This document shows, in pieces, positions 22,043 through 33,240 of a stretch of DNA of 64,000 bases; the stretch's first letter is position 1; every line of letters starts with the position of its first letter. The stretch is from positions 3,633 through 67,632 of the forward strand of contig CAVYBX010000004.1 in the NCBI GenBank assembly GCA_963766835.1, read 5' to 3'. The DNA comes from an uncultured Bacilli bacterium (GTDB taxonomy: Bacteria > Bacillota > Bacilli > Bacillales > Amphibacillaceae). The position numbers were made by a program, and so were the translations under genes. Below the pieces are notes generated by a model. It saw nothing but the letters and a program-made list of their open reading frames with translations. It had not been told where the DNA came from and ran no database searches.

Positions 22043-22935
22043 TTAGTTTTTTATGGGATAATATTTCACTCCGTCAACTAAAGTAAGTTTTCGAAATTCA
22101 GTCAACAGCTTTTTAGTAATTTTCCCCGGTAGCCCGTCACCTATTACACGGTCATCTACACTAACTACCGGTATCACTTCTGCGGCCGTACCTGTTAAAA
22201 ATACTTCATCTGCGACATATACATCGTGAAGCGTAAACGGAACTTCTTGAACTGTCAGCCCATTTTCTTCAGCGATCGCAATGATTGTACTACGTGTAAT
22301 ACCTTCCAACGCTCCTAAATATATAGGCGGTGTTTTTATGATACCATTTTTAACGATAAAAATGTTGTCCGCTGATCCTTCTGTCACATAGCCTTGATTG
22401 TTTAAAATGAGTGCTTCATCCGCATTGGCTTGAAAAGAAGCGATTTTCACTAATATGTTGTTCAAATAATTTAGTGATTTAATTTGTGGATTGAGTACGT
22501 CAGGGCTGTTTCTTCGATTTCATCACCGATGATAGTTTCAACCCTTTTTCATATAATTCTTTGCGATAGATCGCTAACGGTTCGGCTATGACGATGACAG
22601 TCGGTTCGTCGCAATTTCGCGGGTCAAGCCCGAGGTCACCTTTACCACGCGATACGACGACTCTAATATAAGCACTCGACAATTTATTTTTTACAACGGT
22701 ATCGACGATGATTTGTTGTAACTCTTCTTTCGTATGTGGAATTGTGAGCATAATCGAATGCGCTGATTCGTATAAGCGATTTATATGCTCTTTTAATTTG
22801 AAAATATTTCCTCCATATACTCGAATTCCTTCAAATACACCATCGCCGTACAAAAAACCGTGGTCATATACAGAGATGACAGCTTCCTCTTTTCGGTACG
22901 AATTGACCATTTACGTATATTAATTGTTCTGTCAA
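22043..22935 (-). CDS. ilvE: branched-chain amino acid aminotransferase, two frameshifts
   Basis: [40 protein letters not shown]; start TTG ACA GAA CAA TTA ATA TAC GTA AAT GGT. Confidence 0.92.
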
Positions 22936-23053
22936 TGTTAGCACTTCTTTCAACATCTACTAAAGATTTACTGTAATTTAATTGTTGTCGACCATCATAC
23001 AACGTTTTTGTTTATTCGTCAATAGTTTATGAATAAACACGAATTTTACATTG

Positions 23054-23670
23054 TTATTTTATCAGTTTTCCGTCTCGAATAAATAAAATTCTATCAGTAA
23101 GCGATTTCACTTCTTCTTGATAGTGTGAAACAAAAATAATCGGTATTTTCCAATTTTCATGGATCATTAATATTTGTTCTATACTTTTTCGTTTCGTGTT
23201 ATCATCTAATGCTGAAAACGGTTCATCGAGTAAAAGGATTTCCGGCTTCGTTGCTAAGGCTCTAATCAACGCAGCTCTTTGCTTTTCTCCGCCTGAAACT
23301 TCTTTTGGATACTGATCGATGATATGGTCGATTTCTAGTTGTTCAATGAGTCGTTTCGTCATCTGTTCATCTTTCATCGCATATTCGATATTTTCCCAAA
23401 TCGTCATATGAGGGAATAATGCATACGATTGAAAAACATACCCGACGTTTCGTTTCTGAACAGGACGAGCGGTTTCCCACCTTTCACAAACAGACGATCA
23501 TTTAACTTAATCGTTCCGTCTGTCAATTTTGTCAACCCAGCAATTCCATTTAAAATCGTCGTTTTCCCTGACCCAGAAGGCCCGTATAACGCAACAATTT
23601 CATCATTCACTTCGAATTGTACATCGAGCGTAAAATGTTTTAATTGTTTTACCATATGTACTGAAAGCAT
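23054..23670 (-). CDS. modC: molybdate ABC transporter ATPase, frameshifted near 23450
   Basis: GPSGSGKTT, VSGGEKQR, LLDEPFSALD; follows modB. Confidence 0.85.
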
Positions 23671-23679
23671 GTTGTCCTC

Positions 23680-24360
23680 CTATCGACTATGACGCATCAT
23701 ATTTCTACTACTCCACCAATTCAACCATAAAATAGCAATATAACCTAAAATAATGATGACGATTACCCAAAATTTTGCGATGTCCCAATTTCCAGTCTCT
23801 ACAGCAAAATAGATTGCAAGCGGAATCGTATCTGTCACATTCGGAATGTATCCTGCAACCATGAGCGTTGCACCGAATTCACCTAACCCTCTCGCAAAAG
23901 CGAGTACGATGCCGGCTAATAAACCCGGCCAAGCGAGTGGAAAGGAAATCGTCCAAAATATTTGCCATGAAGATTTACCTAATGTCTGTGCTACATTTTC
24001 CAAGTTTCGATCATATTGTTGAAAAGCTGCCGCAGCACTTTGATACATTAATGGAAAAGAGACGACCATCGAAGCGAGGAGTGCCCCATACCACGTAAAT
24101 ACAATTTGCACATCAAAATATTGTAATAAAAACTTGCCGATTACACCATTTTTTCCGAATAAATATAGTAATCCGAATCCTACGACTGTCGGCGGTAATA
24201 CGAGTGGCAATAAAAAGAAAGCTTCTAACAATCCTTTACCGAAAAATTGTTTTCTCGTCATCACATACGCTAAAAATACACCGAATACAAATACGATGAT
24301 CGTAGAAATGCTCGCTGTTTTAATCGACAACCAAAGTGGGGAAAAATTCATCGCTTCCAT
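23680..24360 (-). CDS. modB: molybdate ABC transporter permease
   Basis: LPLVLPPTVVGFGLL, FARGLGEFGAT, TIPLAIY. Confidence 0.93.
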   Translation of the reverse strand: MEAMNFSPLWLSIKTASISTIIVFVFGVFLAYVMTRKQFFGKGLLEAFFLLPLVLPPTVVGFGLLYLFGKNGVIGKFLLQYFDVQIVFTWYGALLASMVVSFPLMYQSAAAAFQQYDRNLENVAQTLGKSSWQIFWTISFPLAWPGLLAGIVLAFARGLGEFGATLMVAGYIPNVTDTIPLAIYFAVETGNWDIAKFWVIVIIILGYIAILWLNWWSSRNMMRHSR

Positions 24361-24361
24361 C

Positions 24362-25141
24362 TTAATCACCATTTGTTAATCTACTAAAGCCATGTTTCTG
24401 AAACACTTCTTGCGCACGTTCCGTCGTTAAAAACTGTAAAAATTGTTCCGCTAATTCAACTTCATTTGCATCTGTTCGAATAGCGCCTGGATAGATGATC
24501 GGTCCATATAATGACTCATCTACATATGATAACACTTCTACATTTTCTGTATGAATCAAATCACTTTCATACGTAAAACCGACTTCCGCATTACCAGTTT
24601 CGACATAAGTTGCAACTTGACGGACATCTTGTGTATAAATCATTTTTCCCTCGACAAAATCCCACAAATTGCTATTTTCAAGTGCCATTTTTGCATAATA
24701 TCCAGCTGGAACAGTATCGGGATGACCGATCGCAATTTGTTTTATCGCCGGTGAAGATAAAACATGTAAATTATCTTTTTCTAAAGTTACATCTTTTCTA
24801 CTGATGAAAACTAACCGATTTCCAACGATCGGTGTATACGAATCTTTCTCGACAAGATTTTTTTCAATCAACATATCCATCCATTCTTCGTTCGCTGAAA
24901 TAAATACGTCTCCCGGGGCGCCTTGTTCAATTTGTTGTGCTAACTTACCTGATCCACCGAAATAAAATGATAATGTCACATCAAATTCACTTTCGAACAA
25001 ATCTTTCATTTCTTCTAACGCTTCACTTAAACTGATCGCAGCGAAAATATGTAATTCACGTTGAGCATTTTCAGAATTACTGCCACAACTACTAAGGACG
25101 ATGAAAAGACAGATAAAAACAGATATTTTTACTTTGTTCAT
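24362..25141 (-). CDS. modA: molybdate ABC transporter substrate-binding lipoprotein
   Basis: Lipobox LSSC, AAISL, GGSGKLAQQIEQGAP, VPAGYYA, DVRQV. Confidence 0.92.
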   Translation of the reverse strand: MNKVKISVFICLFIVLSSCGSNSENAQRELHIFAAISLSEALEEMKDLFESEFDVTLSFYFGGSGKLAQQIEQGAPGDVFISANEEWMDMLIEKNLVEKDSYTPIVGNRLVFISRKDVTLEKDNLHVLSSPAIKQIAIGHPDTVPAGYYAKMALENSNLWDFVEGKMIYTQDVRQVATYVETGNAEVGFTYESDLIHTENVEVLSYVDESLYGPIIYPGAIRTDANEVELAEQFLQFLTTERAQEVFQKHGFSRLTNGD

Positions 25142-25215
25142 TCGTTCACCAACTTCACCATTAAGTATAGCTACATCCGCGTAAATGTCGACTATTTTCA
25201 TCTTTAAATATAACA

Positions 25216-25247
25216 AAAAACAGGTAATTTCTAAACTACCTGTTTTT
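25216..25247. terminator. terminator after upp
   Basis: AAAAACAGGTA...TACCTGTTTTT inverted repeat. Confidence 0.7.
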
Positions 25248-25265
25248 AAGACAATTTGCATGTTG

Positions 25266-26013
<748 letters not shown>

Positions 26014-26040
26014 CTAAAGTAAGACGCCCATTTATAAAAT

Positions 26041-27278
26041 TTATTCGTATAACGGGAACTTCTTCGTTAAATTTGCCACTCTTTCAGCAGCTTCTTTTAA
26101 TTTATTTTCGTCATTCATATTTTTTAACGTTAACGTAATAATTTGTGCGATTTCTTTCATTTCTTCTTCTTTAAAACCGCGTGTCGTAACTGCTGCAGTA
26201 CCAATTCTTATTCCACTCGTAATGAACGGACTTTGTTTATCAAATGGGATCGTATTTTTGTTCGTCGTAATTCCGACTTTATCTAACGCTTCTTCTGCTT
26301 CTTTCCCTGTAAGCCCTAATTCGGACACATCTAATAGGATAAGGTGATTATCGGTTCCACCTGATACGATTTCGCATCCCTTCTTCAGCAAGCGCTTCGC
26401 TTAAAGTTTTCGCATTTGCGACGATTTGTTTTGCATATTGTTTAAAATCATCTGATAAAGCTTCTTTAAATGCCGTTGCTTTTGCAGCAATAATATGCAT
26501 GAGCGGTCCGCCTTGCATACCAGGGAAAACGACTTTATCAATCTTCTTCGCATATTCTTCTTTACATATAATAATTCCGCCACGTGGACCACGTAATGTT
26601 TTATGGGTCGTTGTCGTAACGAAATCACTGTATGGAACAGGATTCGGATGAAGACCAGCTGCAACTAAACCTGCGATATGCGCCATGTCAACCAACAAAT
26701 ACGCACCGACTTCATCTGCGATTTCACGAAACTTCTTAAAATCGATGATTCTGTGAATAGGCACTTGCACCAGCGACAATTAGTTTCGGTTTCACTTCTT
26801 TGGCGCGTTCTAAAACGGCATCGTAATCGAGCATTTCTGTTTCTGGGTCTACTCCGTAATCGACTACGTTATATAGAATACCACTGAAATTGACTGGACT
26901 CCCGTGTGTTAAATGACCTCCGTGGCTTAAATTCATCCCTAAAATTGTATCGCCAGGTTCTAGCACGGCGAAATATACTGCCATATTCGCTTGTGCGCCA
27001 GAATGCGGCTGGACGTTGACGTGCTCTGCACTAAAAAGTTGTTTTGCACGATCACGAGCTAAATCTTCTGCTATATCTACGTGTTCACAACCACCGTAAT
27101 ACCGTTTACCTGGATAACCTTCTGCATATTTATTCGTTAATACAGAACCAGCAGCTTCCATTACCGCTTCGGATACAAAGTTTTCTGATGCAATCAATTC
27201 AATATTGTTTTGTTGTCTATTTTTCTCTGCAATGATCGCATCGTACAATTCTCGATCTGACTGTTTTAAAGCGTCCAT
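26041..27278 (-). CDS. glyA: serine hydroxymethyltransferase, two frameshifts
   Basis: [41 protein letters not shown]. Confidence 0.95.
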
Positions 27279-27369
27279 TTATTTTTGTTCCTCCTAAAAA
27301 ATCAATATAGTTTAATCATAACAAAAAACAACTTATTTTTACATAATTTTCATTGAACAGTACGGCTTT

Positions 27370-27915
27370 TTAAGAATATTTAGCTCGAGCTCCGCCGATA
27401 AGTTTTGGACGTGTCTTAGCGGCCGTGACGTGAGCGCTACCGATTGTTTTTTGTTTAAAACGTAGAGGAACAGCAACTTTTTTTAGATGCATTCCGATCA
27501 TCGTATCACCGATATCAATTCCAGCATCCGCTTCGATTTCTTCTACTACGACTGCATCCTGTAAATGCCTAAAAGCGTAAGATGCCATCGAACCGCCTGC
27601 TTCTGGTACTGGGATCACTGTTACTTGTTCAAATGAAAATTTACGTTGTACTTCTCGTTCAACGACGATCGCACGATTTAAATGTTCACAACATTGGAAT
27701 GCTAAATGGAATTTTTTCTTTTCACTATATTCTTGTAAACAGTGAAAAATCGCCGCTGCGATCTCTTCACTTCCTGAAGTACCAATTTTTTTACCAGCGA
27801 CTTCACTCGTAGAGCAGCCGACGACTAAAATATGATCTTTTTTTAACACATCCAATTGTAACCATTCATCCATGATGCGATTCACATCATAACGTATTTC
27901 ATCAAGGGAAACCAT
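27370..27915 (-). CDS. ywlG: TIGR01440/DUF436 family protein
   Basis: GCSTSEV, QCCEHLNRA, TRPKLIGGARA; position between rpiB and glyA. Confidence 0.9.
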   Translation of the reverse strand: MVSLDEIRYDVNRIMDEWLQLDVLKKDHILVVGCSTSEVAGKKIGTSGSEEIAAAIFHCLQEYSEKKKFHLAFQCCEHLNRAIVVEREVQRKFSFEQVTVIPVPEAGGSMASYAFRHLQDAVVVEEIEADAGIDIGDTMIGMHLKKVAVPLRFKQKTIGSAHVTAAKTRPKLIGGARAKYS

Positions 27916-27945
27916 TTTTAAACCTCCTTTAGGAGATTTCCCTGT

Positions 27946-28386
27946 CTATTTGTTTTCATATTCGCTAATTTTGTTAATTCTTCTTAAGTGGCGATCTCCT
28001 TCAAATTCAGTCGTTAACCAAGTTTTTACGATTTCGCGCGCTAAACTCGGCCCGATAACACGTTCTCCCATCGCGAGCACATTTGAATCATTATGCTGTC
28101 TCGTCGCTTTTGCAGAATATACATCATGGACGAGTGCACAACGTATTCCTTTCACTTTATTCGCGGCGATCGAAACGCCAATACCAGTTCCACATATAAA
28201 AATCCCGCGGTCAAATTCACCACTTGCTACTCGTTCCGCTGCAGGAAAGGCATAATCAGGATAATCGACAGAAGACGTGCAATCCGCACCGACATCTTCG
28301 TATTCATAACCTAACTCATCCAACACACTTTTCACTTCATTACGAAGTGTCATCCCGGCATGGTCACCTGATATAATTACCTTCAT
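27946..28386 (-). CDS. rpiB: ribose-5-phosphate isomerase B
   Basis: DHAG, VDYPD, CGTGIG, HNDSN. Confidence 0.95.
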   Translation of the reverse strand: MKVIISGDHAGMTLRNEVKSVLDELGYEYEDVGADCTSSVDYPDYAFPAAERVASGEFDRGIFICGTGIGVSIAANKVKGIRCALVHDVYSAKATRQHNDSNVLAMGERVIGPSLAREIVKTWLTTEFEGDRHLRRINKISEYENK

Positions 28387-28412
28387 TCGTGTTCACCTCT
28401 TTCGTTTTACAA

Positions 28413-29702
28413 TTATACAACGAATTGATTAATTTGCTTTTTCAATTCTTGTGCTTGTCTTTCTAATTCTTGTGCTAAATTATCGACCGTTTCGATCGTT
28501 TTTTCTTGTTCTGTTATTGCTGATGATACTTCTTCCGTTGCAGCAGAAGTTTCTTCCGCAATCGCGGCGACTTCTTGTGATTGATAAACAGTCGATTTTA
28601 TAAACTCGAGTTGACGTTTAACTAACTGATTGATTTCTGAAACTTCTTTAGCGACTTCTTTTACAGATTCCGACATTTCCTCAAATGACTTGCTCGTCAA
28701 TTCGCCACTTTTCGCCTCTTCTTTAGCATTATTGACATGTTCATTAATTTTTCCGACGACGAACGATACGTCGTTTTGAATCGCAGTAATTAATGTCGAA
28801 ATTTGTTGTACTGCTTGTGCACTTTCATCTGCTAATTTACGGATCTCATCAGCGACAACGGCAAAGCCTTGACCATGTTCCCCAGCTCGCGCCGCTTCTA
28901 TCGATGCATTTAGAGCGAGTAAATTTGTTTGTTCGGCAATTTCTCCGACCATCGATATGATCGATTCGACTTGAACGGCATTCGCTTTTAAATTTTCGAC
29001 ATCCTTTAATGAGCTTTCTTGTTCCGTCGCTAATGACTGAATACCTTTTACTAGTTCATTGACGACTTTCGTACTTTCAGATAACGTTTTGAGCATCATT
29101 TCCGATTTATCTGTCGATTGTGTCGCTTTCGATTGAACTTCTTGTGCTAAATTTGTCGCTTGTTCAACCGCTTCTGCTGTTTCTTGCGACGATTCCGCTG
29201 AACTTACTGCCCCTTTGGAAATATCTTCCGTCGCAGCACTAATAGCGACCGAGTGTTTCGATGCAATTTGTGATACTTCCTTCATTTTACTAACTGTTTC
29301 ATTCGTAGTATTAAAATTTTGTTCAATATTATGTACCATCGCTTTAATGTTCTTTAACATCGTATCAACTGCGATACTTAACGATCGAATTTCATCATCA
29401 GTAGAACGGATTTTCACTTCTTGATTTAAATTACCTTCCGCTGCACTAGATGCGACAGCTTCTAACTCTTGCAAAGGTTTCGTAATAATTCTTGCAGCAA
29501 AAAATGCTAAAATCCCTGACCAAATAATTCCTAATAACAACGTGATAATAACGAACCATTGTTGGGAGATGCCCCAATAAGGTTTAATAAAATCGTATAC
29601 TACATAGATGAAAAGTGCACTACATGAATAAGTGATGATAGCTAGAGAAGTAGTAAATAACACTAATTGTCTTCTTAAATTAAAACGGTATTTCTTCTTC
29701 AT
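28413..29702 (-). CDS. methyl-accepting chemotaxis protein (2 TM, HAMP, signalling domain)
   Basis: [37 protein letters not shown] hairpin tip. Confidence 0.93.
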   Translation of the reverse strand: MKKKYRFNLRRQLVLFTTSLAIITYSCSALFIYVVYDFIKPYWGISQQWFVIITLLLGIIWSGILAFFAARIITKPLQELEAVASSAAEGNLNQEVKIRSTDDEIRSLSIAVDTMLKNIKAMVHNIEQNFNTTNETVSKMKEVSQIASKHSVAISAATEDISKGAVSSAESSQETAEAVEQATNLAQEVQSKATQSTDKSEMMLKTLSESTKVVNELVKGIQSLATEQESSLKDVENLKANAVQVESIISMVGEIAEQTNLLALNASIEAARAGEHGQGFAVVADEIRKLADESAQAVQQISTLITAIQNDVSFVVGKINEHVNNAKEEAKSGELTSKSFEEMSESVKEVAKEVSEINQLVKRQLEFIKSTVYQSQEVAAIAEETSAATEEVSSAITEQEKTIETVDNLAQELERQAQELKKQINQFVV

Positions 29703-29712
29703 ATGTCGTCCC

Positions 29713-30186
29713 TCACTTAACTTCTATTTTTTTAATAAGCATATCGATATACTTTTCTATTTCTTCGAGTGTCGCTCGATATGTTGCTAAATTGCCGCCG
29801 AATGGATCGTTTATATCGAGTGATAAAGGAAAGTCTTCTCTTTTGTTAGTTTCTTTCGTTCCATTTTTCTTTAAATATTCTATTAATGTATATGTTTTAT
29901 ATTTGTACATCGGAAATTGATCGATTAAAATATGTTTATGTGCTTCGGTCATCGTTAACACGACGTCGGCCCAGTGCAACAATTCGTTCGTCACTTTTTG
30001 CGCTGAATGGTCTAAATGAATATTCCTCTCTTTTAATACTTCAATCGTATTTTTATTTGCGGTGTCATTTTCGAGAGCATAGATACCAGCTGATTGCACT
30101 TTGATATGTGGCACTTTTTCCTTTAGTAGTGCTTCAGCCATTGGACTCCTGCAAGTATTTCCTGTACAAACAAATAATACATTCAT
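29713..30186 (-). CDS. ywlE: low-molecular-weight protein-arginine phosphatase
   Basis: [17 protein letters not shown]; conserved position. Confidence 0.88.
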   Translation of the reverse strand: MNVLFVCTGNTCRSPMAEALLKEKVPHIKVQSAGIYALENDTANKNTIEVLKERNIHLDHSAQKVTNELLHWADVVLTMTEAHKHILIDQFPMYKYKTYTLIEYLKKNGTKETNKREDFPLSLDINDPFGGNLATYRATLEEIEKYIDMLIKKIEVK

Positions 30187-30312
30187 CTTTTTCCTCCATT
30201 CGTTTCACTGCCTTAAATATACCATAAATTATAATAAAATAGTCATATTTCATCACGTTTTATTGTGAAAATTTGTCGATTAGAGAATTTGGATTAGGAC
30301 TTAATATTCTTT

Positions 30313-30867
30313 TCAATAAAAAATCATTTTAATCCCAAAGAAAAAAAGTATAATTCCACCTAACATTTCACTATAAATTCCTAGAAAATTGTTCGCTTTT
30401 TTGCCGATGAGCATGCCAGTCCATGCTAAACAAGTCGTAACGATTCCAAATAAAAATATGATAAACAATGTTTTAATACCGACCAACCCTAAACTAATAC
30501 CTACTGGAAAACTATCCAGACTAACGATAAACGCGAGAGAAATTAGTTGGAAACCTTTCGGATGAATGTTGATTGGAGATTTTGTTTGTAAAGCAGAAAA
30601 TAACATGTGCGAACCGATCGTTACTAAAATCAACCCACCTATCACTGTCGTAATGAATTCTACTTTAAGCGAAATATATTTCCCGATTAGAATACCGATA
30701 AACGGTAAAATCATATGATATATACCTATGATCGATCCGATGATTGCGATTCTTTTTAATCGTATGTTTTGTAATCCGATCCCGAGACTGACAGAAAAAC
30801 CATCGAGACCTAACGCGAATGCCATAAATAACATTGAGCTGATTTCAGTAGCGTAAGCTGTAAACAT
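30313..30867 (-). CDS. mntP: MntP-family putative manganese efflux protein (YwlD)
   Basis: ALGLDGFSVSLG and SLDSF repeats, six TM helices; conserved position. Confidence 0.85.
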   Translation of the reverse strand: MFTAYATEISSMLFMAFALGLDGFSVSLGIGLQNIRLKRIAIIGSIIGIYHMILPFIGILIGKYISLKVEFITTVIGGLILVTIGSHMLFSALQTKSPINIHPKGFQLISLAFIVSLDSFPVGISLGLVGIKTLFIIFLFGIVTTCLAWTGMLIGKKANNFLGIYSEMLGGIILFFFGIKMIFY

Positions 30868-30877
30868 GTATCTTCCT

Positions 30878-30923
30878 CCTTGTCCTGCTTGTACAATTTA
30901 TGCACAAGGACAAGGAATTATGA
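30878..30923 (-). promoter_or_regulatory. sigE-type promoter embedded in an RBS-sequestering hairpin
   Basis: TCATAAT-14-CATAAATT; CCTTGTCCT/AGGACAAGG stem covers part of the AAGGAGG RBS. Confidence 0.65.
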
Positions 30924-30940
30924 GATACATATATGACGAA

Positions 30941-31942
30941 TTAAATCGTTCTACTTGCAGCTTTACAAATACGATCCATCACTGCTTTTCCGACTTCTTT
31001 CGCAGGAAACGACTCACATACAATGACATCTACTTCCACTTTTTTGAAAGATCGTAAAGCTTCGTATAAGTTTTTTGCGATTTCTTCCTCATCAATTCCG
31101 ACTGCTACAATCTTATCGGCTGAAATTTTTTTTGCTGTCGCATCGCTTACTAACGCACCGACACGATTTCCTTTCCGTTTTTCAGCATCGATTACCACTT
31201 GAATCGTTATATCCGACTCAATTAAATATAAAGGTATTTCTGGCGCATAGTGTTTATACTTTAATCCAGGTGATTTCGGTTTTTCAACTTGGCGGTCGTA
31301 AATTTCGACTTCATTTACGTTGATCACTTTTTCGATATCTTCTTCGGTTATTTTACCTCTTCTTAAAATAACCGGCTCCGCTCCTGTACAATCTACCACT
31401 GTCGATTCTACCCCTACTTGTGAAGTGCCTCCATCTAAGACGGCGGCGATTTTCCCATCTAAATCATCGAGCACATGTGTCGCTGAAGTCGGACTAGGAC
31501 GACCTGAAATATTTGCGCTCGGTGCAGCGATCGGTAATTCACAAGCGGTTAATAGAGATAAAGCAATGTCGTGATTCGGTATTCTCACTGCGACGGTGTT
31601 AAGTTCAGCCGTTACATTCGCTGCCACTTTCCCTTTACTTTTTAATACATACGTAATCGGACCAGGGGAAAACGTATCGATTAATCGTTCGACATAATCT
31701 GGAACATCTGTCACTAATTCTAAGAGCTGTTCTTTCGATGCGACATGTACGATTAACGGATTATCGCTCGGCCGACCTTTCGCTGTAAAAATTTTGGCGA
31801 CTGCTTGTTCGTTCGTTGCATCAGCTCCTAAACCATATACCGTTTCTGTAGGAAAAGCGACGACTTCACCTCGTTTCAATAATGTTGCTGCCTCTTGTAT
31901 ATTTTCGTTATTTTCTTCTACTTTTAACAGTTTTGTTTTCAT
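30941..31942 (-). CDS. tsaC: threonylcarbamoyl-AMP synthase (Sua5/YwlC)
   Basis: AFPTETVYGLGA, KGRPSDNPLIVH, APSANISG, SPGLKYKHYAP. Confidence 0.95.
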   Translation of the reverse strand: MKTKLLKVEENNENIQEAATLLKRGEVVAFPTETVYGLGADATNEQAVAKIFTAKGRPSDNPLIVHVASKEQLLELVTDVPDYVERLIDTFSPGPITYVLKSKGKVAANVTAELNTVAVRIPNHDIALSLLTACELPIAAPSANISGRPSPTSATHVLDDLDGKIAAVLDGGTSQVGVESTVVDCTGAEPVILRRGKITEEDIEKVINVNEVEIYDRQVEKPKSPGLKYKHYAPEIPLYLIESDITIQVVIDAEKRKGNRVGALVSDATAKKISADKIVAVGIDEEEIAKNLYEALRSFKKVEVDVIVCESFPAKEVGKAVMDRICKAASRTI

Positions 31943-32054
31943 GATAAAAACCTCGTTTCTAACTACTATTTTAGCCGATATAACTATTTAGTTACAAACA
32001 AAAAAAGCTTGTACGTTTTCATACAAGCTTTTTCAAAATATTTATATAGTTTTT

Positions 32055-32459
32055 TTAACTAACTTCGTAAGCCCACCAATGGCCCTTACGATTTTTATGT
32101 TTTTGTAACTCGAAATTTTCATCTTCATGTAATGAAAAGCTTAATGATTCAAGCAATAAATCTGTCACTGGTTGTTCGCTATGAGCAAAGACGACTTTCG
32201 CTCGTTTTTGTTTCGCGAAAACTAATATAAACTCTAATAACACCGGTAATTTGACAGCTTCATTACGGATGATATATAACTGTTTTAACCAAAACGCTCC
32301 ATCATCTACGAGTTTAAGCTCAAAACAACCGATAATTTTACCTTCACATTTTACGACATAACCAGATTTTAATAATGTGTTGATATCTATTTGATTGTTA
32401 TTTTGGAGAAACTGTTCCAATTCTTCTTTACTCACTCGAGAAGCTTCGATGAGTTTCAT
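32055..32459 (-). CDS. GNAT-like hypothetical protein (YwlB position)
   Basis: GAGGTGG RBS; GNAT-like pattern; between spoIIR and tsaC; sigE-like TCATAAT-13-CATAAAGT upstream. Confidence 0.6.
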   Translation of the reverse strand: MKLIEASRVSKEELEQFLQNNNQIDINTLLKSGYVVKCEGKIIGCFELKLVDDGAFWLKQLYIIRNEAVKLPVLLEFILVFAKQKRAKVVFAHSEQPVTDLLLESLSFSLHEDENFELQKHKNRKGHWWAYEVS

Positions 32460-32512
32460 TTTTTCCACCTCTAAATCAATTGTTTCTATTACTTTATGTC
32501 GTATAAACAAAA

Positions 32513-33169
32513 TTATGATAAACCTAACCATTCAAAGAGAAAAAATTTGACGACGAATTCTTTCTCTTCTTCTTCCTCTTCCTCGTCTTTGTCAGATCCA
32601 TCTTCTTTATTTTCCGTCGTTATGTCTATATCATTTTCTTCATTCTCTTCGTCTTCTTCAAATTCGCTAACGACCGTCCCATTTGAAAAATCTAGAAAAC
32701 ATAATGGCGGAAATAAGACACACCACCAATTGGCTCCTTTTCCCTCACCGAGCGTAATTAATACTGCTTCGTATTCTCCAGCTGGATAGACGTAATTGTC
32801 GTACACTTTTAACGGAAAAGCAATATTCGTCCCGTACTCAACGGCAACTGTTTGCTCGATCCCGTAATTTTTTAACGTCTTTGTAGCGATTTTTTCTATT
32901 TCAGGGACGCTCATTGCTATCATTTTTCTGCCGACATCGATATCATCAATATGTTGGACGAGATGATGAATATATGCATTTACTTCGTCACGTACGACAT
33001 TTTTAATATATTGGTCTCTATCTGAATCGCTATTCGCTAAAATTCTTAATCTAATCGCTTCATCGGGAATTGTCTTCATTTCATGCTCGTCATCTGTCGC
33101 AACTTCTTCGATATTGACGATGAAATTCAATAAAACTATGAATATAAAAAAAATAATACCTTTTCTCAT
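32513..33169 (-). CDS. spoIIR: stage II sporulation protein R
   Basis: IPDEAIRLRILANSD, YPAGEYEA, GEGKGANWWCVLFPPLC. Confidence 0.96.
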   Translation of the reverse strand: MRKGIIFFIFIVLLNFIVNIEEVATDDEHEMKTIPDEAIRLRILANSDSDRDQYIKNVVRDEVNAYIHHLVQHIDDIDVGRKMIAMSVPEIEKIATKTLKNYGIEQTVAVEYGTNIAFPLKVYDNYVYPAGEYEAVLITLGEGKGANWWCVLFPPLCFLDFSNGTVVSEFEEDEENEENDIDITTENKEDGSDKDEEEEEEEKEFVVKFFLFEWLGLS

Positions 33170-33172
33170 CGT

Positions 33173-33228
33173 TTTCCCCCGTCATTTTCGTTTTTAACAA
33201 GTATGGACAGCAATGACTGGAAATAAAC
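33173..33228 (-). promoter_or_regulatory. sigF promoter of spoIIR embedded in an RBS-sequestering hairpin
   Basis: GTTTA-15-GTCCATACT; TTTCCAGTCATT in the spacer is complementary to AATGACGGGGGAAA (RBS). Confidence 0.65.
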
Positions 33229-33240
33229 AGAGATAAGGTA

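Noticed and set aside
22020-22045. CodY-like boxes upstream of the ilv-leu leader (also near 21508-21522)
   Set aside because: About four mismatches to AATTTTCWGAAAATT in very AT-rich DNA; plausible but not distinguishable from chance by eye.
32560-32665. TCT/TCC-rich repeat-like tract (also 43190-43260)
   Set aside because: It encodes the acidic tails of SpoIIR and RpoE and is not a DNA repeat element.
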